Shown in pieces: positions 9,578 through 18,346 of a stretch of DNA of 64,000 nucleotides (the stretch's first letter is position 1; every line of letters begins with the position of its first letter). The stretch covers positions 8,377 through 72,376 of the IMG/VR virus record IMGVR_UViG_3300024509_000014, one strand, 5' to 3'. Origin of the DNA: a virus. The notes below the pieces were generated by a model. That model was not told the DNA's origin. It saw nothing but the letters and a program-made list of their open reading frames with translations, and did not search any database. Both the position numbers and the translations under genes were made by a program.

Positions 9578-10096
9578 ATGAGCAAGAATAGCAACACACC
9601 CCTCAATATTTTCCTGGAAGAAGTCGAGGCGATCCTCCAGCAGGCCGGGCTGAATCCTAAGCAAGCTCTTGAGTTTGTCAACGAGAACAAGGTCAATGAG
9701 GCCTGCACGATTCTGGCCACCGAAGTCCTGAATGTGTTGAGCAAGGCCTCGGAGGGATATGACCCCCCTGAGTCGGCCCGCAACAATGCCCGCAAGGTTT
9801 TGAAGTGGAAAGAGAAGTATGGCAAGGAATGCAAGGGAATGACGCCTGTGGGCTGGGCACGCGCCCGCGATCTGGCAAACGGCGCCAAGCTTTCTGCGTC
9901 GACGGTGAAAAGGATGGCCTCTTTCAACCGGCATCGCAGCAATTACGAGAAAGCCCGCAATAAACCCGAGGCGAAGACCAAGCCCTGGACCATACCGGCC
10001 ATTGTCGCCTGGTTGGGTTGGGGTGGCACCTCTGGCGTGGAATGGGCCATCCGCACCTCGCAGTCCATTCAGAACAAGGCAAAAAAGAGGAAGTAA
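9578..10096 (+). CDS. Conserved phage protein of unknown function
   Basis: TPVGWARARDLA...TVKRMASF.RH...AWLGWGG motif recognised from phage head-associated proteins. Confidence 0.65.
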   Translation: MSKNSNTPLNIFLEEVEAILQQAGLNPKQALEFVNENKVNEACTILATEVLNVLSKASEGYDPPESARNNARKVLKWKEKYGKECKGMTPVGWARARDLANGAKLSASTVKRMASFNRHRSNYEKARNKPEAKTKPWTIPAIVAWLGWGGTSGVEWAIRTSQSIQNKAKKRK

Positions 10097-10099
10097 TCC

Positions 10100-10849
10100 A
10101 TGCACAAGATCGCCTTCATCGTCCCCGCCTCCAAGTCTGCCGATGTCAACGGTTTTCTGGATGCGCTCACCAAACAGATCGCCAAAAAGAATCCCGATCT
10201 CAACTACGAGGTTGTGGTGGTACGCCAGGCCGACGAGGGGCCGTTGAACGCTGGTTGGTTGTGCAATGTTGGGGTTCAGGTGACGGACGCCGCTTATTTC
10301 GTCTTCCATTCTTCCGAGCCGCTTACTGGGTCGGATGCCGACTACCGCCTGGAAGACGCCTTCGTGGAGATGGGCGGCGTGCAGATCATGCCCGTGGAAA
10401 TCTACAGCGAGGTCAACGGTTACTCCAACTGCTATCCCGGCACGAATGTCCACACCGCCGACATGTTTGAGCGATGCATCCGCAAGGGCATTTTCATGTC
10501 CCGTCGCGAGGCAAACTTCCCACCATTGACATTTGATGTCATGGAGCAGTTCAAGGCTGGCAAGCGGGTCGGCACCAACTACGACCGATCCAAGGATGGC
10601 ATGTCCAGTCTGGTTTACCGGATTCTCTCGACAGACAGTCTGCCTGGGATCAAGGGCAAGGTTGTCCTGGCAACAGCTGAGCTTGGCTCGACACCAGCCC
10701 CAGCCATCCCCACGACTGAAGCTCCGGCCACCACCCAGGCTCCTCCTGCGGTGGAAGAGCTTGCCAACACAGACGGAACTGATCCGGATGAATTCCACAC
10801 TTTCTGGCGCACACGAGGGGAAGACGATGGCGCGGAGCGAGGGGTTTGA
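10100..10849 (+). CDS. GT7 (beta-1,4-galactosyltransferase)-like protein with degenerate active site
   Basis: VVRQ...LNAGWLCNVG, YFVFH, GGV...VNGYSNCY match the GT7 layout; DxD and WGWGGEDDD motifs are absent. Confidence 0.65.
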   Translation: MHKIAFIVPASKSADVNGFLDALTKQIAKKNPDLNYEVVVVRQADEGPLNAGWLCNVGVQVTDAAYFVFHSSEPLTGSDADYRLEDAFVEMGGVQIMPVEIYSEVNGYSNCYPGTNVHTADMFERCIRKGIFMSRREANFPPLTFDVMEQFKAGKRVGTNYDRSKDGMSSLVYRILSTDSLPGIKGKVVLATAELGSTPAPAIPTTEAPATTQAPPAVEELANTDGTDPDEFHTFWRTRGEDDGAERGV

Positions 10850-11066
10850 GGTTGGAGATGTCGTCTGCCTGAACAGCGGTTCGCCGCCGATGACTGTGAT
10901 ATCTTTTGCCAGCGATGACACTCTGGTCTTGGCGTATGCCGACCTGAATGGCAATCTGTTGCGGGAAAACCTCCCTCGCCAGGCTGTCAATCTGACCGAG
11001 TCACGCTGGTGTCTTGATGTCACTAATGCGGATGTCGACTTCGACGACGAGGAAGAGGACTACTGA
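10827..11066 (+). CDS. YodC/DUF2158-like small protein
   Basis: FEVGDVVCLNSGSPPMTV signature. Confidence 0.75.
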   Translation: MARSEGFEVGDVVCLNSGSPPMTVISFASDDTLVLAYADLNGNLLRENLPRQAVNLTESRWCLDVTNADVDFDDEEEDY

Positions 11067-11440
11067 TGCCGACCTACGATTACCGCTGCAACAGCTGCGG
11101 GCATGAGTTTGAGGTCTACCAGTCGTTCACCGACAAGGTCAAGCGCACCTGCCCAGACTGCAAGAAGAAAACCCTGGAACGACTGATCGGGTGTGGCATC
11201 GCCGCCTTTTGCCAACAAGACCCGACCACCATCGGTCAGCTGGGTGAGCGGAATGCCAAATCGGCCGGCAAAACCAAGGTTGACGAGATTGCGGCTGAGA
11301 CCGAAGCCAGCAACAAGAAGGCCCAGCAGATGCTTAGCAAGGAGGCTGGGAAAAAGCCCTGGTGGAGGGACAGCGACAAACCGCTTGATCTCAAGAAAAT
11401 CAAGAATGTCAAAAAATACATCGAGGAGGGCAAGGGCTAA
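11066..11440 (+). CDS. FmdB-family zinc-ribbon protein
   Basis: MPTYDYRCNSCGHEFE...CPDC. Confidence 0.85.
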   Translation: MPTYDYRCNSCGHEFEVYQSFTDKVKRTCPDCKKKTLERLIGCGIAAFCQQDPTTIGQLGERNAKSAGKTKVDEIAAETEASNKKAQQMLSKEAGKKPWWRDSDKPLDLKKIKNVKKYIEEGKG

Positions 11441-11652
11441 TGACCACTCCGAACGACCCGACCAATCCGCATGTCGCTGTCATCTATCTTTTTTCAGAGG
11501 TTCACGAGAGGCTACCGGACGGATCGGCCTCCGGGAATCCCGTCGAGAAGAAGAGGCTCACCCTTCATCTCAAGGGTGTTGACAGATGGACTTGTGAGCG
11601 TCGTCTGAACGAGGCAATCGAGGAGTTGATGAAATGTTGCGCAACATCGTGA
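11440..11652 (+). CDS. Hypothetical protein
   Basis: TAATG coupling with the upstream gene. Confidence 0.6.
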   Translation: MTTPNDPTNPHVAVIYLFSEVHERLPDGSASGNPVEKKRLTLHLKGVDRWTCERRLNEAIEELMKCCATS

Positions 11653-11969
11653 ACACCCAACCACCCACCAAGTTCGGCTTCCAGGATGGCGGGCATGTCA
11701 TTCTGGAATGTTCAAGTTGCAACAAGCCTCTGGTGGATGTTTGGGCCGTGCAGCCCGACCAGCCGTTTGAATGGCAGGTCAAGGCCAAATGCTGCTACTG
11801 CGGGGACACTTCTTTCCAGAAAGAGGTGAAGGGTCTCTTTCGTTATTCTGGCGCACAGAAGCCCAGCGAGACCGATGCGGAAGATACTGTTCTCGTCACG
11901 CAGGTGACTCATCTGGAAGCTGACGGGCAGAATGTGCTGTTCTACACGGCACCCGGAGACAAAGCATGA
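11634..11969 (+). CDS. Hypothetical zinc-ribbon protein
   Basis: CSSC...CCYC; operon context. Confidence 0.6.
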   Translation: MLRNIVNTQPPTKFGFQDGGHVILECSSCNKPLVDVWAVQPDQPFEWQVKAKCCYCGDTSFQKEVKGLFRYSGAQKPSETDAEDTVLVTQVTHLEADGQNVLFYTAPGDKA

Positions 11970-12334
11970 CCCGTCGCATCATCGACGAAGCCAAGAAATT
12001 CCTGGAGAAGAAAGTCAATCCTGTTGAGGTGACTTCCTACGACAAGAAAGCCAACCTGATCGATCCTGAAAATCATGGGTGTGTTGCGCGTATTACTGTG
12101 CATGAGAAAACCGGCCTTGAGAAATGCGAGGTGCGTGTCTGCACCCGCGGAATCGATTCTGGCCTGTTCTACAACCCGCTCAACCATCACCACGATGACC
12201 TTGTGCGTTTTGACAGCCACACCGGAAAAATGCGTTTCTGTTGGCGAGAGGTCAGCAGGACATCGTTCGACCAATATGTCGAGTTTTTGAAAAGCGGAAA
12301 TCAAGCCATGTTGCGCATGGCTCAGAGGAGTTGA
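11966..12334 (+). CDS. Hypothetical protein
   Basis: ATGA overlap; operon context. Confidence 0.65.
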   Translation: MTRRIIDEAKKFLEKKVNPVEVTSYDKKANLIDPENHGCVARITVHEKTGLEKCEVRVCTRGIDSGLFYNPLNHHHDDLVRFDSHTGKMRFCWREVSRTSFDQYVEFLKSGNQAMLRMAQRS

Positions 12335-12336
12335 TC

Positions 12337-12642
12337 ATGGCCAAGAAGAAAGTGGAACCAAAGGTTCTAACCAAGGCTGAGCATTACTATCTGGAGTCTC
12401 TGGCGGGCCTGAAGAATCTTGCCGAGATCGCCGAGGATTTGGGTTGCCAGCCTGAACAAATCGCTGACGCCTACAAGAAAGCTAAGGCTAAGTCGCCCGG
12501 CAAGTTCGGTCGCCCCTCCCAAGGCGTGACCGTGATGACGGAGGCGGCTGCCATTGAGGGAGACGACCACGGCAAGGCTGTGCGGGCTGGCAATAAGTTC
12601 ATGACCCGCTACGCCAAGGATCTCTACCGGGGCGAAGCCTAG
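12337..12642 (+). CDS. Hypothetical protein, possible HTH
   Basis: GAGGAG RBS; LAEIAEDLG helix-turn-helix-like segment. Confidence 0.6.
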   Translation: MAKKKVEPKVLTKAEHYYLESLAGLKNLAEIAEDLGCQPEQIADAYKKAKAKSPGKFGRPSQGVTVMTEAAAIEGDDHGKAVRAGNKFMTRYAKDLYRGEA

Positions 12643-13052
12643 TGAGATACGGGACGCTGGCCCAGGCTCTCTCCGATGCCCCCATGGACCGGGCTTTCCT
12701 GTTGGTCGAAATGGCCGAGGGGAACTTTGCGGTGGTGGACGGGACGAATGAGGACTGGGCTAATCTCGCCAGGTTGCCTGAGAAAATCCGTGCGGTCTGT
12801 GTCCGCTTCCGTTCTTCCAGGCTGGAAGTCAGCCCGAGGGATGCCAAAGGTTATTTCTTTCGACCCGGGGTGGGCGCTTCGCTGTCGGCGCAAATCCAAC
12901 AGTACAACTTATTCGTGCTTGGGCATCTTGAAGAAGATGGGCAAACTGTACAAACCTTTACCGTGGTAGTGCCCGAGCTTTTGGTTGTAAATTCTGATCG
13001 TCGAAATCGTCACGATCAAGAAACTGTGGGTAAGTCCTTGATAACATCCTAG
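12642..13052 (+). CDS. Hypothetical protein
   Basis: TAGTG coupling with the upstream stop. Confidence 0.6.
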   Translation: MRYGTLAQALSDAPMDRAFLLVEMAEGNFAVVDGTNEDWANLARLPEKIRAVCVRFRSSRLEVSPRDAKGYFFRPGVGASLSAQIQQYNLFVLGHLEEDGQTVQTFTVVVPELLVVNSDRRNRHDQETVGKSLITS

Positions 13053-13058
13053 TCTCAC

Positions 13059-13086
13059 CCCTATTCTCTCACCTGAGGGGTTAGGG
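13059..13086 (+). promoter_or_regulatory. Hairpin sequestering the RBS of gene 13088
   Basis: CCCTAtTCTCTC-ACCT-GAGGGGtTAGGG ends just before ATG 13088. Confidence 0.5.
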
Positions 13087-13087
13087 A

Positions 13088-13543
13088 ATGGCAAAGAAAG
13101 CTACTGAACACAGTCGGTACGAAAGTCGCTATGGCGGTGGATGGGTTGCTCCGCAACAAATCCTGGCCGAAGTGATGTGCGAACGCCAGGCTGCCAAGGA
13201 AAAGACTTCTCTGCCAGCGAAGTTCTGGGAATTGCCGCGCTGGAAGAAGATTTTTCTTCTTCAGTTGCGATTGGCGCTCAAGCTTTTGGAAAAACACCAT
13301 CCCTCCGTTATCTCAAGGGCGATCCGGTCACCCGAGGGAAAAAAGGTTTTTTCGTTTGGGGCACCCTTCTTCAAGGATGTCTTGGCTAGGGAGCAGGAAA
13401 AATACGATGCGGAAATAGCCAGTCTGGCTGCTGCGCCGCCACCGCCCCCGCCCGATCCAATCGTCAACGACCAAACACCTAGGCCGGATTTCATTCCCCG
13501 TCGTTCTTTGCGCAGCAAATTGGAGGATTTTGAGCGTGAGTAA
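13088..13543 (+). CDS. Hypothetical protein
   Basis: 151-aa ORF directly upstream of and overlapping recA. Confidence 0.7.
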   Translation: MAKKATEHSRYESRYGGGWVAPQQILAEVMCERQAAKEKTSLPAKFWELPRWKKIFLLQLRLALKLLEKHHPSVISRAIRSPEGKKVFSFGAPFFKDVLAREQEKYDAEIASLAAAPPPPPPDPIVNDQTPRPDFIPRRSLRSKLEDFERE

Positions 13544-15632
13544 GAGCAAGCAGGAAAGTCATGACACACAACTGCAAAAAGAACTGGTCAAGCAGTACGG
13601 GGAAGGCGTGGCTGTTTCTGCCAGAGACATGCTGGAGGAAGAAGGCCACAAGAAGATGGTGGTGCCGGTTGGCCCGGCCCTGAATGTCGGCCTGCACGGA
13701 GGCATTCCCGAGGGTTCCTGGATCACCTGTTCAGGCCAGCCCAAGACCGGCAAGGAACAGCCAATTTCCGCTACTGTTTACACCCCCAACGGCCCGCGCA
13801 AGATCGGCGACTTGGCGGTGGGCGATGCCGTTTGCCACCCCGACGGCTCGGTCTGTGCTGTGGTTGGCGTTTTTCCTCAGGGAGTCAAGCCGGTTTACCG
13901 CGTCACCTTCGACAACGGGGACACGGCTGAATGCGGCATGGATCATCTTTGGGAGGTTTCGGCCAAGGCGCGCAAGTCCCCCGAAGTCGTTGCGTTGAAA
14001 GACATCAAGAACGATCTCTACTACAAGGAAAAAAATAATCGGTGGGGACAGCGGCCCAAGTGGCATGTTCGACTGACTGCGCCGGTATTTTTCCGTCCCA
14101 GGCCGGTTCCTGTCCATCCGTATGTTGTTGGTCTGATGCTTGGCAACGGCTCCATGACCGAAAAACAGCTGAGTTTTTACGCTGCCGACAAGGAATTGGC
14201 TGTTGCTGTCGCCGATCATGGCGAGTGCGATATCTCGGCCTCCAAGTCAAACAACTACAGTTATTGGCTGACCGGGGCCAAGCAACTGAAGACCGCCCTG
14301 AAGCGTCTGGGGTTGATTGGCAGGAATTCGCACACCAAACATGTTCCTGACTGCTTTTTGTACAACTCGGTCGAGGTTCGCCAGGCTGTCTTGCAGGGGC
14401 TGATGGATACCGATGGCACCGTTGGCAAGGCTGGGAGCGCAGAGTTCACCACCGTGTCACAGCGGCTGGCCGATCAAGTGAAATGGTTGGTGCAGTCTTT
14501 GGGCGGTCTCTGTTCTGTCAGGGCTTGCCGTCGCATCTTCAATGGCAAGCTTTTCCGGTTTTATCGCTGCCACATTCGTATGTCGGACATGTCGTCCATC
14601 TTCCGTCTCCCTCGCAAGAAGGCCCGCTGCCAAAAGCGAGTCAAGACGGTCATGACCCGCAGGATTGTGGCGGTGGATTATGTGCGGGATGAACAGTCTG
14701 TCTGCATCAAGGTCTTCCGTGAGGACGGCCTGTATTTGACCGACAACTTCATTGTCACCCACAACACTTCCACGGCGTTGTCCTTTGCCGCCCAATGCCA
14801 GAAACCAGAATACGGCAATCGGCATGTCTACTACCTGAATATTGAGGGGCGCCTCAAGGAGATGAACCTCAAGGGGACGGCGGGACTCAACCTCGACAAA
14901 TTCACCATCTTCCGGTCAACGCCCGAGCGGATTCTGACCGCCAAGGATTATTTGACCTTGGCCATGAAGGCGATCAACACCGATCCCGGCTGTCTGGTCA
15001 TCATCGACTCGGTCTCCGCTTTGTGCGACGAGAAGGAAATGGACGAGGGGGTCGGCTATGAGAACCGCGGTGCTGGCAACAAGATTTTTGCCGGGTTCTG
15101 CCGTCAGGCTTCCAATGTTGTGCCCGTTCGCAATTGTTTTGTCTGGGCGATCCTTCACCTGACACAGTCCCAGGGGATGTATGGCGGTTTTGTCGAAAAA
15201 GGAAGTCGCACCCTGCAATACCAGGCCGATGTCCAGATGCGGGTCAAGTTTGATCGGGCCTGGAAGGTCGGTTCTGGCGGCAACGAAAAACAGATTGGCC
15301 AGCAGGTTCACTGGCTGATTGAGTCGTGCGCCCTCGGCCCGCCCCAGATGGAAGTGGACAGCTATATCCGCTATGGCATCGGTATCGACCATGTCTATGA
15401 GGCGATCAATCTGGGTGCGCAACTCGGCTTGATCGGCAAAGCCGGGGCGTGGATGAGCCTGGACTACATGGAACGGCACCTCGACCTGATGGGCGTCGAC
15501 AAGTGGAATGATGATGCCATCAAGAGGGTCAAGACCCAGGGTGGAGAGAAGCTGTACAAACTGCTTCAGGACAACCCCTCCTGGATTGCGGCGCTTGAGT
15601 CCGAAATCAACGCCATGCTCCACCCGTCATGA
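13530..15632 (+). CDS. recA: RecA/UvsX-like recombinase interrupted by an intein
   Basis: GLHGGIPEG, Walker A GQPKTGK|T restored after splicing, YLNIEGR, Walker B LVIIDSVSAL, IRYGIGID, AGAW. Confidence 0.9.
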   Translation: MSVSKSKQESHDTQLQKELVKQYGEGVAVSARDMLEEEGHKKMVVPVGPALNVGLHGGIPEGSWITCSGQPKTGKEQPISATVYTPNGPRKIGDLAVGDAVCHPDGSVCAVVGVFPQGVKPVYRVTFDNGDTAECGMDHLWEVSAKARKSPEVVALKDIKNDLYYKEKNNRWGQRPKWHVRLTAPVFFRPRPVPVHPYVVGLMLGNGSMTEKQLSFYAADKELAVAVADHGECDISASKSNNYSYWLTGAKQLKTALKRLGLIGRNSHTKHVPDCFLYNSVEVRQAVLQGLMDTDGTVGKAGSAEFTTVSQRLADQVKWLVQSLGGLCSVRACRRIFNGKLFRFYRCHIRMSDMSSIFRLPRKKARCQKRVKTVMTRRIVAVDYVRDEQSVCIKVFREDGLYLTDNFIVTHNTSTALSFAAQCQKPEYGNRHVYYLNIEGRLKEMNLKGTAGLNLDKFTIFRSTPERILTAKDYLTLAMKAINTDPGCLVIIDSVSALCDEKEMDEGVGYENRGAGNKIFAGFCRQASNVVPVRNCFVWAILHLTQSQGMYGGFVEKGSRTLQYQADVQMRVKFDRAWKVGSGGNEKQIGQQVHWLIESCALGPPQMEVDSYIRYGIGIDHVYEAINLGAQLGLIGKAGAWMSLDYMERHLDLMGVDKWNDDAIKRVKTQGGEKLYKLLQDNPSWIAALESEINAMLHPS
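13755..14765 (+). mobile_element. Intein (337 aa) with LAGLIDADG homing endonuclease, class 3-type signature
   Basis: Starts EQPISATVYTPNG, block B DHLW, LAGLIDADG motifs YVVGLMLGNG and LQGLMDTDG, block F VCIKV, ends IVTHN followed by Thr. Confidence 0.9.
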
Positions 15633-16033
15633 AAGTCAAGGGCTTAGACGGCAGGACCTACACTTGGTCCTTCACCGGCAGATCTCATTCGGGGGCCGAG
15701 CTGGCCCCTCTCCGTTCCGGTTTGCACGGCCGCGTCCGGACGATCCTGCGCAGGATTTATCCCGTCGACAGGATCATGGAGGAGGTCGGATTGCCGGGGT
15801 CGAACGGCTTGCGGGTGGACTTTTATCTGCCCCTGCGCAATCTGGTGGTCGAGGCGCACGGGGAGCAGCACTATCGTTTTGTCGCCCATTTTCATGGGAC
15901 GATCATGGGTTTTCTGGAATCAAAAGCCAGAGACCAGAAGAAGTTGGACTGGTGCCATCTGAACGGCATCCAGGTGATTGAGTTGCCCTACAACGAGGAG
16001 GACGAACAGTGGGAGAAGAGGCTGAGGCAGTAA
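15629..16033 (+). CDS. PD-(D/E)XK endonuclease (DUF559/Vsr-like)
   Basis: LRVDFYLP...VVEAHGEQHY...RDQKK..WC..NGI.VIELPY. Confidence 0.75.
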   Translation: MKVKGLDGRTYTWSFTGRSHSGAELAPLRSGLHGRVRTILRRIYPVDRIMEEVGLPGSNGLRVDFYLPLRNLVVEAHGEQHYRFVAHFHGTIMGFLESKARDQKKLDWCHLNGIQVIELPYNEEDEQWEKRLRQ

Positions 16034-16482
16034 AGTCATCGTCCCAGTCGGTCGATGAAATGCTGGACAGTTACGAGAAGATGATCCTCCCAGCGGAAGA
16101 CAAGGGCGCAATGCGCTACATCAACATGTCGCAGCACGAGCTGAACGCCATGTCCGCAGAGGAGTGCAATGAGGCCGCCGTCATGTTGACGAGTCTGGCT
16201 TTCCATGTCGCCAAAGCCTGCAACAAGCTGCGGGCGAAAATCCGGTATTGCAACGAGGCGATCCTCAAGTGTATTGCCAGCAAGACCGCAAATTATCGGT
16301 ACAACTCGCCCGACGAAAGGAGGGCGTTGGCAATCCAGGAGGATGATTTCGCCAGCAACACGAAAAGGCAGGAGGTTTCCCTCTCCTGTCGTCTGGAGAG
16401 GATTGATTACCTTTCCCTGCGTCTGGAAAAGGTGGCTGATATGTTTGCGTCTTTGGCTGCGACCAAGAGGAGACAACAATGA
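16009..16482 (+). CDS. Helical hypothetical protein (possibly UvsY-like mediator)
   Basis: Coiled-coil composition, GAGGAGG RBS, located between recA and dnaB; function is inferred only. Confidence 0.55.
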   Translation: MGEEAEAVKSSSQSVDEMLDSYEKMILPAEDKGAMRYINMSQHELNAMSAEECNEAAVMLTSLAFHVAKACNKLRAKIRYCNEAILKCIASKTANYRYNSPDERRALAIQEDDFASNTKRQEVSLSCRLERIDYLSLRLEKVADMFASLAATKRRQQ

Positions 16483-16898
16483 GTGACAAGGATTTGCTGA
16501 AAAAGATGGCTCTGGCGATGGCGTCGGAGGACTGGGCGACTGTTGCCGAGGTGGCCAGCCAGATGGCTGGCAAGGAGACTACCCCTCCCGAGGTCGCTGC
16601 AAAACCGAAGAAAGCGCCCAAAAGCAAAAAGGCACCAGAACCTGCCAAGTCTGTATCGACCAACCAGTTCAAGGATGACCTGTCTCTTGAGAAGGGGCAT
16701 ATTGCCACCGACAAGAAGCTGAACCGGAAGATGCGCCCGGCAGCCCGCAGACCTCCTTCGCAAAACCAGAGGATGGTTGATGTGGTCTGTCCAAAGTGCA
16801 ACAGGACGCATCAGGTGGCAGCCGTGCAGGCGGCGTTGCGGCGCGAGATCGATTCCGGGGTGGTTTGTCCTGGTTGTCTGAAGAGGGGGAGATCATGA
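16479..16898 (+). CDS. Hypothetical basic protein with C-terminal zinc finger
   Basis: CPKC...CPGC. Confidence 0.65.
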   Translation: MSDKDLLKKMALAMASEDWATVAEVASQMAGKETTPPEVAAKPKKAPKSKKAPEPAKSVSTNQFKDDLSLEKGHIATDKKLNRKMRPAARRPPSQNQRMVDVVCPKCNRTHQVAAVQAALRREIDSGVVCPGCLKRGRS

Positions 16899-18346
16899 AT
16901 CAAGATCCGGCAGCAGAGAGGGCCGTTTTGGCGGCTCTTCTCAAGGGTGGGCACGAGGCATGGGTGGATGTCTCCGATGTGTTGTCGGCAGACTGTTTCA
17001 GCTGTGGCACCAACGCCGTCTATTACCGTTGCCTGGAGAAGGTTCTTGCCGAACCGAACTCCAAGGCAGACATCCCCTCCATTGTGTCGGCGGCTGGCAC
17101 CCTGGGGTTTGCGGACACCTTCAAGTCCCAGGAAGAGCAGAAATACCTGCGGGCCTTGGCTGTTACTCCGGTTGAACCATCCAATTTGCGCAGGTTGGCT
17201 GCGCGTTTGGTGAAACTGCACAAGGCCAACGAATTCTCGGAAGTGATGAAGGAGTCGGCCCAGAAATTGGCCAGCATTTCCGGGGACGAGACGCTGGGCG
17301 AAATCCTGGGGATCGGTGAAGAAGCGGTTTTCAATTTCGTTGGGAGCCTGGGCAACCAGTCCGAAAGCCTGGCGCATATCTCCAAGGATCTGGACGAATA
17401 CATCGACTATCTGGCCGCAAACCCGTCAGATGTCATGGGGATCAGTTCTGGTCTTCCCCAGTACGATGCCGCCATTGGCGGGGGGTTCCAGCGTGGCACA
17501 GTCAATGTCATCGGTGCCCGACCCAAGACAGGCAAAACCCAGCTGGCAGACAATATCGCCCTGCATGTCGCCTCCAAGCTGAATATTCCCGTGCTCAACC
17601 TGGACACGGAAATGTCCGCAAAGGAGCATTGGCACCGCATGTTGGCGAACCTAGCCAATGTGACCGTGGACGATGTCAAGAGTGGCAAGTTTGGCGCCGA
17701 CGAGGTGAAGTCCAAGGCGGTCTATGAGGCCAAGGAGAAGCTGAAGAACATCCCCTACCACTATGCCTCCATCGCCGGCCAGCCGTTTGAGGAGACGGTC
17801 GGGTCGATGCGTCGCTGGCTGTACCGGCATGTCGGTTTCGACGAGTCTGGACAGACCAAACCGGCTCTCATTGTCTTCGATTACATCAAGCTGATGGACG
17901 ACCGCAGCATCACCAAGAACATCTCGGAATTCCAGGCGTTGGGTTTCCTGATGACTAACTTGCACAATTTTGCGGTGCGTTATCAGGTGCCTGTCTTGGC
18001 TTTTGTCCAGTTGAACCGGGACGGCATCAACGCCGAGGACACAAGCACGGCCAGCGGTTCCGATCGCATCATCTGGCTCTGCTCAAATTTCAGCATCTAC
18101 AAGTGGAAGTCCCAGGAGGAAATGGCCGAAGAGGGTGTGGGTCCGGACGGGGTCAGGTACAACCTGAAGCTCATTCCGGTGGTGTCTCGGCACGGCAAGG
18201 GTCTTGATGGTGGGGATTACATCAACATTCAGGGGCAGTACGAATATGGCAGACTCAAGGAAGGACCGACGCGGAACGGACTACTCCGAAGCAAACCCAC
18301 GCGGTCAGGCTTCGACAATCCCACCCAAGAGTCCGCAGAATTTTGA
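16895..18346 (+). CDS. dnaB: Replicative DNA helicase
   Basis: AERAVLAALL N-terminus, GARPKTGKT, DTEM, LIVFDYIKLM, VQLNR. Confidence 0.93.
   Translation: MNQDPAAERAVLAALLKGGHEAWVDVSDVLSADCFSCGTNAVYYRCLEKVLAEPNSKADIPSIVSAAGTLGFADTFKSQEEQKYLRALAVTPVEPSNLRRLAARLVKLHKANEFSEVMKESAQKLASISGDETLGEILGIGEEAVFNFVGSLGNQSESLAHISKDLDEYIDYLAANPSDVMGISSGLPQYDAAIGGGFQRGTVNVIGARPKTGKTQLADNIALHVASKLNIPVLNLDTEMSAKEHWHRMLANLANVTVDDVKSGKFGADEVKSKAVYEAKEKLKNIPYHYASIAGQPFEETVGSMRRWLYRHVGFDESGQTKPALIVFDYIKLMDDRSITKNISEFQALGFLMTNLHNFAVRYQVPVLAFVQLNRDGINAEDTSTASGSDRIIWLCSNFSIYKWKSQEEMAEEGVGPDGVRYNLKLIPVVSRHGKGLDGGDYINIQGQYEYGRLKEGPTRNGLLRSKPTRSGFDNPTQESAEF

Noticed and set aside
9428-11023. 531-aa minus-strand ORF
   Set aside because: Antisense shadow of well-supported plus-strand genes; no motifs
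18246-18346. 101-nt dnaB/primase overlap as a frameshift fusion
   Set aside because: No slippery site noticed; overlap covers low-complexity termini and the primase start is uncertain
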